A stretch of DNA of 64,000 nt. It comes from Chlorokybus atmophyticus. Taxonomy: Eukaryota > Plantae > Mesostigma and Chlorokybus algae. The stretch lies in contig RHPI01003330.1 of assembly GCA_009103225.1 (NCBI GenBank), positions 672,366 through 736,365 on the forward strand. Direction: 5' to 3'. The notes under the pieces are model-generated. The model was not told the DNA's origin, did no database searches, and saw only the letters and a program-made list of their open reading frames with translations. Every line of letters starts with the position of its first letter. Position 1 is the first letter of the stretch. Both the position numbers and the translations under genes were made by a program. This document shows positions 54,628 to 64,000 of the stretch, piece after piece.

Positions 54628-56728
54628 GGAGCTTAACGATGCACCCAACTAGTCTCTTCTTCAACGTGCACCCTGTCTTGTAGCTCTTGTCCTCCTCCTC
54701 CCTATACCCCGTCTTCGCCACCTTTGCCGCCGTGACAGCGGACGCAGCTTGCTGCGCACAGACGCAGGCTCAGGTGTTTGCTTGTGTGCTGAGGTGGTGA
54801 AGGGTGGATTGACTGTGAGGCAGCCGACGTGGTGTAGCGAGAGAAGGCCACGTAAGCCTAAGCCTACGCGGCTGTCAGTAGATTGACGGATGGCCAGAAG
54901 TTGAGTCATGATGAGTCCTAATAGCCCCGGAAGGTCAATCCGAATGGCGTGTTTACTATTACACAAGTCTAACTACAACTGTTGACGCACCATGTACTGC
55001 CGTTACATGGGCCACCATATATTGTCTTTGGAACCAAGAGTTGTAATTTTCTGTAAAAAGTTTTATACTAGTTAGGCAATGAAAAAGACACCGCTTATAT
55101 AATCACAACATTGTACACATAGTATACACATCTCGCTTTCATACAACACACAGTGCATATCAAGCAAGGCTACGCAATTTTTAAATAAGCCTTGACCCAA
55201 TCCGCATTATAAAAAGCATCGTGCATGCTCCTCTCCAACATTTATTGTTTATAACTTTGATATGACTCCGATCGAAAGCTACTGATTGATCTTCTTGCAT
55301 ACATTATTATTTTGTTACTTTACCCCTTCATATAACAACCCCCCGCCTCTTTCCACCAAATGGCGTTCTATTATATGCAAACATTGCCCAATAAATTGGT
55401 AATTGAATGCAACCCGTCTTCTTGTTAAGGGGGGCTTTGTTTGGGACAGGCTAAGCAATGAAAAATAATTAGCTACTCGTTAACATAGCCTTCAATGCTA
55501 ATTGTTCATGACTTTAGCGACACTGCGCTTGATATCAACAAGTCCCGTACCTATTAGTGGATAGTGCCTTTGTGTAGTTGATCTGTCCTTGTACGCTAAA
55601 TGAATAAAAACTGACCACATGAGCTCCCATGCCAAGTGTTACACATTATAAACATATGACTCTCACTTAGTCCTTTGTACTTACAATATAAGGATGGCAT
55701 TGAGAGTAATTAAGCCATTTCGCGTGACACCCACTCATTTCACCTAAGGGCGCTGCATAGGCAAAAATCTCATGTAGATTGACGCTTTTATACCGCCCCT
55801 TTACTTCATACAAATAGGGGCTTTGAGAGGAAAAGTTTTGTTAACAAACATCTTATCATCCGTTGCCTTCCACCCCTTTTTGCTGAAATAGGTTTAGTGA
55901 TACCAAAACTGCCTGTAAGCCGGCATTTTCATTACAGCCCCCAACCCCCTTCTTGCTAAGGGGGTGGGGTGGTGTATGATCCATTATATATAATACTTAC
56001 AAGCCGCTGCTTGCAAGTTTGCGCGTTATGAGCATTATATGTTCGAAAACCACAACATTAAGGGGAGGCTACGTTACAACGCAAGAACATGCGCTATATA
56101 TCACATGGTTTGATACATGGTCTATGCGTAACAGATGGCGTCGGTTATGCATAATAAATATGAAGTCCTTGTTATATCAACAATGATAGAAAAATATTGG
56201 ATGATGTCTATTAACGTAAGCGTCATAAATGTGCACCATACGAGTTACTTTAAAACTTACTTAAAACTGCATACACATTACATAATAGGGATACAGTATC
56301 GAGTTGCAAGTATTGTTACTGAAAACAACGTTTCCGCAATTTGTATGCGCATGTAACGTGCACACTTTATGTTAATCGGACATATATTGTATAATCGAAA
56401 CATGCTGTTAAATGTACTTGCCAAAACCAAAATACAGTCTAATCGGGCTGTAAGTATCGTCTTCATGATTATGAATGCTTTACAATGACAGGGAACTGCT
56501 GGTTTCCCTAGCAAATACTGTTGGTTGTAAGGGATATGCATGTAAACATAAAACATTTGCAAGATAATCTGAAAACTTAGCAGAGCATACTTACAAGGAG
56601 GGTCACATCGCTGACGCTGTTGCGCGACGCCGCAGCGTCACACTGTTGCGTGACGCCGCGTGCTTCACTATAAGTATACCAATGCTTACAAAGAAAGATG
56701 CGATACATTATAACATTACTATGCACTC

Positions 56729-56904
56729 AAACAATATACTTTTAGGACAGATATTTTACCTCCATATAAGTACGTGTCTTCCTGTAGATAAGTATACAAT
56801 CTACTTCCAATGAATGAGTGCATTGGAAGTAGATTGTACACTTATCTACAGGAAGACACGTACTTATATGGAGGTAAAATATCTGTCCTATAAGTATATT
56901 GTTT
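56729..56904. repeat. Long near-perfect inverted repeat: 84-bp arms, 2 mismatches, 8-nt loop
   Basis: 56729-56812 is the reverse complement of 56821-56904 except at two positions; loop aatgagtg. Confidence 0.97.
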
Positions 56905-57258
56905 AAGGATCAAGTGTGTGCTTATAAGAAGAGTAGACTGTATCTCAAAGCGCCACTCCCAGCTCGTAGAGCAACAAGCACCGAACACGTGGCAGGTCTG
57001 CACGGACGCAGGCATACAGGACCCCACACGGTTGGCGTTTTATAAGTTCTCACTTCAGTGACGAGTCTTCACAGTGATGCGATTGATTGCTCTGTCGGCT
57101 ACCCTACTGATGTCCAGAGTGGACTGCAGCAGCGGCATACTGGATGATGAGTGAGGCGACACTCAGCGACATGATCTCAGCGCCAACCCAGCGGCCAAAA
57201 TCCACCTCACTGGCAGCAGCTTCCCCTGCCAGTGGTCACTGCGCACTGCGCAGCGCTC

Positions 57259-58584
57259 ATGGCGCAGGCGGCGGTGTTGTCGCGCGGAGGGTGGAGAACT
57301 GCGGTCGGGTTGGGTTCCTCTCCCTCTCCCTCTCCCTCTTCCTCTTTCTGGTCAAAACGGGCGCCGGTCGCTGGATCCGCTTCTGCAGCGTCGTCCTCCT
57401 TGAGATCGCTGGTTGCCTTGCCTTCCGCCGCCGCAGGGTTGTCGCTGCGCTCAGCCAAGCGGCGGCGCCAGCGTTGCTTCCGCTCTCACTCAGAGTCTGG
57501 AGCTAGCGTCTGCTGCGCTGTTGCTGCCGGCACCTCCGCAGACACCTCCTTTGATGCCTCCACGTCGACTTCCACAGCTGAGACAACCAGCGAAGCATGC
57601 GCGATTGTGCAAGAACTGCTGCAAGCGGTGAGTCAACGCACAAAGCTTGTCTCGTTGTTGATTGCGTTGATTGATACCTTTATACGGACGCGTGGTTGCA
57701 TGCATGCCGGTAGCTGTCCAGTTGGCCTGTTCTTGTTGTGATGTGAGTCGTGGCTTGCATTTCTTTCCAGTGCTGTCATACTGGTAACATGCATGGCACA
57801 CAACTGTGTTCATGGACAGATTGAAGGCACAGACCGTGGTGCGTCAGCATCTCCTGAGCAGAAAGATCACATTGATGGCCTTATCAACCAGTTGATAGCG
57901 ATCGGTACACCCAACCCATTGACCAACCCTTTGCTCTTTGCGGACTGGGAGGTGAGAGCACATTGCATGCAGGCTCGCTGTCGCAAGCAGCTCTCCAGTT
58001 GCTGATTGCATATTGATCTGGACACAGTGCTTACAGCGTGTGACCATGCAGGTTGTTTACACCTCTGCGCCCACAGCTGCGGGTGGTTCATTTCGCACTG
58101 GGCTTGGCAGAGCAATCTTTCAGACCAAAGACATGCAACAGAGCGTTTGGGAGCCTGATGGCGTAGGCAACCGTGTGCAGTTCAACCTGTTTGGTGTCCT
58201 CCCGGGAGAAGTCTCTCTTGACGGTAAAAGAACATCCACTCTGTTGAGGATGATTCCATTACCAACAGTTGGGATGGCTATTGCAACATGCAACAAAGTT
58301 GTGCACACGCATGCATGCAGGCGAGTGGTTGCATGTCGGGATGCAAGACAACTGATCTCAGAAATCTCCACACACTCATGTTGTGTTTATCAACAGGAAA
58401 GTTGGAGGTTGTGGATGAAGACACAGTGAGAGTCAACTTCGAGCGGCCAATCTTTGAACTGCTGGGCAAGAAGTTCCGCTTTGGGAGCGATAGCAGCGTT
58501 GTTCTGAGCGTAAAGTACCTTGATGAGTTGGTGAGAATTGGGAGAGGAGGGAGAGGTTCGCTCTTTGTCTTCAGGCGAAGATGA
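57259..58584 (+). CDS. Fibrillin family protein (FBN9-like) with transit peptide, 4 exons
   Basis: IEGTDRGASAS..HIDGLINQL...NPLLFADWE|VVYTS...GGSFRTGLGRAIFQTKDMQQ...YLDELVRIGRGGRGSLFVF. Confidence 0.88.
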
Positions 58585-58917
58585 AGACGGTCCTGCATAA
58601 GCGGTGTCCTGCAATAAGCAATCCCTGGATATCCTTGTATAGTAAGTCACCTAGTTACTAGACTGAACAAAGTGCCGCATGGCAGAACCAGTTTGCGCAG
58701 TGGGATTCATGTTTATGAGGTTTGATGCGAGAGTACATTGTTACAGGTCTGCAAGTGCGTCTGATTCCCTGTGAACACTGGTGTAGTGTGGTTTTCTGGC
58801 AGCAGGCATAAATAGTCATGACCATCCACAATTGTCGCTCCCAACAGGTTTCATTAGGACTGTCATTGCAACGTTCATACTAGCTTGGATGAGTTTAAGT
58901 CTTACTTCCAATGTTCT

Positions 58918-59141
58918 AGCGCTGCATGGCTACACTCCTTCCTAGTGTTGACCAACTACTGGTGTCACAAGAGTGTAGTTGACGACTCTGGAGTCTTGCT
59001 TCACTCCAGGAGAGTTCCTGCACTGCAACCACCAGTCCAGCGCTGCATGGCCATACACCTTCCTAGTGTTAACCAACTACTGGTTTGACAAGAGCAGTTG
59101 ACGAGTCTGAAGTCTTGCTTCACTCCAGGAGAGTTCCTGCA
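58918..59141. repeat. Imperfect tandem duplication, period 121 bp
   Basis: agcgctgcatggc...cttcctagtgtt.accaactactgg...agtcttgcttcactccaggagagttcctgca at 58918 and 59039. Confidence 0.9.
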
Positions 59142-60990
59142 ATTTAATGGTTATATACCTTCACTCTAGTAATGCCTGATCTTAGCATCATAAGGACGCA
59201 ATGTCACCGCCATCGCTGTACCGCAGCGGTATGCGTGAGCTACAGAGCATGCAGTCGGTTGCTAAGCCTGAGCATGGTCTATCTACATGCTCGACATGGC
59301 CACTAGCAACGTACCTGCAGTTTCACAGACACTCATTATGACATGACAACCAACGTGCTTGTAGCGCAGTACAAGACGGCGGCTTGCTGAACTTTGCCTG
59401 CTGCTGAATGCCTCTCCCCGCTTGCCTTCAGTTGTACATGCGAATGCATTTATTCCAGACAACCATGGCACATGCTCAGCACATGCGCACAGCGCGCAAT
59501 CTCTGCTCTGCTTTCTTATCTGTTCACTTCTGCACCTAATATGCTATAATTATTCAATGCTGTAATTATCGCTATACTTGTAGTATTACAAGTGTACCGT
59601 GTGTATAATAAAACTAGCATTCTCTTAGTTTACTGGCTGAAGTGCTTACCTGTTTTAACTTTACCTACCGTCGGTTGTGTTTGGGTTTGTGAGTATCGTG
59701 TGCACTACTGCGGTGCCAATGCAGCAGCAGCAGTTGCACAACGGCCTAAGGATCAGCAAGTTGCTATCGAGAACAGTAACCCTCTACTACATTTACATGC
59801 AAGCGTTTCGTTGGCATTCACACAAGCGTGCACCTTTCTTTAAGCGAAAGCTCACGTACACTGAGTGCTACGGGCTTACATACAAGCTTTCAACAACAGC
59901 AATCCACACAGCACAGTGCACGTCAACTCTCTGCCACTTCGATTGGCCTCGCACAGCTGCATTGCTGCCTGAATAAAGGACGGCAGCCACACCGGCCATG
60001 ACCAGCCGGCCAGCGCCTATCAGCAGGCATTTACAGCTCAGACAACAGCCACAACGCCGCAGTCACCTCCCGTAACCACGCCGCCGCCGCCGCCGCCGCC
60101 GCCGCCAACGCCTACTCTGACACTTTCTTTGTTTGTTTGTTGACAACGCCAACACCAGTCAGCGCAGGCCGTGTATTGCTGCGGGGCGGAGGCGGTGGTG
60201 GTGATGGTGGTGGTGGTGGTAGCTAGCAGTAGTAATGGGTGCCAAAGGCGTTGTCCAAGGCGTTGATTGGTTTCTTGCTGCCTGTCTTATGCTGGTCGCA
60301 GCGGGCAGGCGAGCTCGCCTCAAAGCTGCACACATCAGCCACTGCACGACCCTTGTGACGGTGCGTGATTTGGTCTGGTCGTGTGTAAGCAATCACCGAT
60401 TAATTAGCTTGCTGGCATTGATGATGATGAACGTTTTTGTTGTCTGAATTAGGCGGTGCCGGTGAGATGTGACAGCGAGCTTGCGAGGCAGTGAGTGTGC
60501 TTCCCTGGTTGTGCTGGCTGGCGGCAGCCTGGAGGCGCCTGTAGCAACCAAGCAGGTATCACCTGACGTGTTGTTGACGAGCGTGTATCACAAGTAAGTG
60601 AGCATTATGCAAACGAGCCACTGCTGCTTGTGCGTAGAACTGGCACTCAGCGCCCAAAGTGAATTGCAGCATGGTTCCCAATGTGCACACATTCATGTGA
60701 GTTTCGCTTGCAAGTGTGTAAGCCTCTAGCGTGATGTAGCTATGTTGACATGCAGCTTGTGCATGTCACACTTCCTGCCATCTCTAGCACCAGGCGCATA
60801 CACATGCACAAACCAAACACTCGCGCACGCGCTCACTCATGCAACACTCAGAGTGCATGCGTGTATTAGAGTAAAAGCTACCGCCATTGGCTGTAAGTTC
60901 ATTTGAGCATGCATGGCGATGTTATGACAATATCATCTATGCATTTAATGTTGCTAAAACGGGATCATTTATGCGCTTCAGGTTGCAGCG

Positions 60991-61713
60991 ATGCTACAAC
61001 AGACAAGAGCAGCCATGAGGGTTGTTCAAGGTCAGGTTGTGGAGAACTTGGGCTTCAGCGTATTGTGCTTAGTAACCTTTGCCGAACGGACCTGGCGCGC
61101 GCACGCTGTGTCAACAAAGCATGGAAGCAGACCGCTGTTGTAGTTGAGGTTGCGCACTACAAGGAGCACTGGGAATAACCGGAATTAATGGACTACGTGC
61201 ACTGCTCTTATGACCTGCTCAAGCTCCTCCCGCGACCATTTCGGGGAAAGGAAAGGTGTCTGTTCTTTTGCGCATTGCGTACCGTAAACAACTGTTTTAT
61301 GTTCCCGCCCATGCAAAGTGTCCACAAACAAGTGGCGATATTGGTCCTCTCCCGAGCGAACGTGTCTCAAGAACGAGACATTCCTTCGCTTTATCACGCA
61401 CTATCAGCCTACTTGTGGTTGCGACATTTTTATTAACATGGCAGTAGATGATTTCCATTCCACCACGGCACATCATATAGTCCAAGAGCTATACCGGTTG
61501 CAAAGAAGGGATGGCAGTCAGCAACGTGTTCACGCACAATTATATGTGAATCCGCATCTTCTCGCATCGCGCTTACTAAGGAACAGCAGAAAGCGAGTGT
61601 GCTTTGGCAACTCAATTTACATTCGCAATCTGGATAGCGAGAGGTGGTATCCTTTGAGCCGGGATTATGTTTTGAGCAAGGGATGGTACAAGTGGGGAAT
61701 TAGGTGCCTTTAG
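60991..61713 (+). pseudogene. F-box-like family copy E, divergent and decayed
   Basis: IVLSNLCRTDLARARCVNKAWKQTAVVVEVAHYKEHWE*...RCLFFCALRT/KQLFYVPA. Stops and frameshifts; upstream donor gcag|gtatca near 60555. Confidence 0.7.
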
Positions 61714-63296
61714 CGACGTGCGTATGCTTGGAAGGGTCGGGCGTCTGGACTCTTGTTGTATAGCCACAACCTTAGCAGCATTCGTCATTCGTGCGAATAT
61801 AGGTAAAAGACATAACACGACTCACGGCAAGAGTCAACTCAACACATCTCTCATGCATCGTAAGTTGAAAATATTTTACGGCTAAGCCACTTGGTGCCAC
61901 TTGGTGCCAGTGGTCAGGCAACAACACGCAACACATTGCTGCCCATTCACAAGCTTGTATATAAACAGCCGGTCATGCAACAGTGTGCAAGCAACACACC
62001 AGGTGATATTGAGCCTAGTGGTGGTATTGTGTGACTATGTAGTGTAAAGAGTGTGCAATGCGGTGCATGCTGCTGTTTGATAGCATGTCAGCACGGTTGG
62101 TCCAATGTTACATGCACGATACACCTGTTCCATTTATCATACAATAATAATTGTTCACAACTTTGTGTATCAATGATGTAGTGTGGTTGTGTGCAACGCG
62201 CATGATTACATGTGACGCATGACCCAACCCCATCGACCGCGTGTACTGCAATTTGCAGACTGCAAAGAACTACAGACGTACAGAGGGGCATTGTGCTGAG
62301 CGCTGCTGACATCCGTAGCGCCTGTCCTAAGAGGGGAGCACAGCCCGGAGTACGGGGGGCGATAGTGTGGCGGGGGAGACGGGAGAGGCGAGTGAGTCGT
62401 CGCTGCTGCTATCATGTTGCCATGGTTGATGACCACTAGCAATTGCTGAGGGCAAGATTACTGCTACATGTGCATGCTTGCATGACTAAGGTTAAGCAGT
62501 GGTTGGCAGTGGTTAGGAGTAGCTGAAGTAGTGTAGTTGCGACCCAGTGGTTGATATGATGGTATTTATATTAGCCGCTTATGATATTATGGTGATGGGA
62601 ACCACATATAGCATGCGCAAGTGCACCAAGCATTTTGTGTACGCACGCACAAACTCAAGCACCAATTGGATAGCGGCGGCACACAAATGTGCCGCACATG
62701 ATATGTCAAGACTCATAACGCATAACACAATTAAAAGGCCAAGTCAGCATGACCGGTTGACATTACATATGTAGTGAAACATCACAAGTAGTTGAGTATC
62801 CCCCCACCCCCCACCCCCTCCTCCACATCGCATAGTTGATAGCAGTGACACATCACCGCAGCATCATTGCAAACATAACAAACCAATTACTCCTTGGCAA
62901 TTGATAGCAGCACACCCAGCAAAACTTCATACGCAATATATGCTATATATTACTGAGCAACGTAGCACCATCACTAGCCGTTCGTAGCCTTGGTTTGCTA
63001 CTTAGATGCGTCGGTCTCAACCCTCTACCCGCACTTTCAACGGTCGTAACAGTAAACTTGCTAGGTTGCTTGCGTGATCACATGCGCTGTCATAATGCCA
63101 GCTGCTGCGATACCAACCTTTACTTTGTTGTCCGTTCAATTTTACACCTAATATGCTATAACTATTAGGTTCTATAGTTATCGGTATACTTTTTATAAAA
63201 CAAGCGGATCGTGTGACGGTGCTCGTGCCTTGTTACCGGTGAGTTGGTCCAATCCACAACCCTCTCACCAAGACACGGTACTCACACCGGAACCTT

Positions 63297-64000
63297 GCCC
63301 CCTCTGCCAAGCACACACACGCGCCCCGCCACTCGCGTACGCACGCGCATGCGCTCGAAGCTACACTGAAGTGTGTAGCGCCTTGGATCGTCACACAAGC
63401 AAGCACACACCGGTGGCCACACGCTAGCAACCCCTGCTAACCACCACCAAGCTTGCACACCAGAAACTAGGGAGCTAAAGGTTGTATTGCAAGTTGTAGA
63501 ATGTCACTTTTATACCTACCAGTCTGCACATGCTACTGTCTAGACGATTCTAGCGCTAGACGGAACTAGAAGCTAAGATATTCTTGCAGAATCTTGTAGT
63601 ACACTTCTAGACCTTTCCAACGCACCAAAGATCTCCTAATTTGCTGCTCATATGGTCAAGTTATACTACTTGGCGCCAGGCCCTTCCAGAAATCTGGTCG
63701 AGCCCTTCTCGACTGGCCCTCCGTTTTCTGGCACCTTCCGGACTGGTCTTGGGGCCCCGGTCGATATCCGCGGCAGACTCATAACTCGCCGATATCCGCC
63801 ACAAGTCATTAAAAACATGTACCTTACAAATAAGGCCTANGCCCCCTCTGCCAAGCACACACACGCGCCCCGCCACTCGCGTACGCACGCGCATGCGCTC
63901 GAAGCTACACTGAAGTGTGTAGCGCCTTGGATCGTCACACAAGCAAGCACACACCGGTGGCCACACGCTAGCAACCCCTGCTAACCACCACCAAGCTTGC
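63297..64000. repeat. Identical direct repeat (63297-63456 and 63841-64000) separated by a single-N junction
   Basis: gccccctctgccaagcacacacacg...accaccaccaagcttgc repeats exactly immediately after the N at 63840. Confidence 0.9.

Noticed and set aside
60159-60392. Poly-His ORF
   Set aside because: Product of (GGT/GCC)n microsatellites.

Overview
Eukaryotic nuclear DNA from a green alga: GC-rich exons, short GT-AG introns often filled with alternating purine-pyrimidine tracts, plastid-targeted genes and a plant-type U6 snRNA. An early-diverging streptophyte alga is my inference, not established. Standard genetic code. Positions 6.6-37.7 kb are a compact block of mostly conserved intron-rich genes: CTNNBL1, AFG2/SPATA5-type AAA ATPase, inositol monophosphatase, RPP40, ABC1/ADCK kinase, a fibrillin, an At4g32610-like protein, U6 snRNA and a divergent P-loop NTPase. 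Positions 39-50 kb (plus a copy at 61 kb) hold a birth-and-death array of at least six F-box-like genes that share a ~200-aa C-terminal domain I cannot assign; two copies look intact and four are broken. The duplicated unit carried the 3' end of the neighbouring PAO/TIC55-family Rieske oxygenase gene (51.2-54.6 kb). A second fibrillin lies at 57.3-58.6 kb. Accessory regions contain a decayed partial copy of the CTNNBL1 locus, a spliced pseudogene with in-frame TAG/TAA, and several near-perfect inverted repeats (22, 25 and 84 bp arms). Gene models were assembled by eye from splice motifs and remembered homology; no searches were run.
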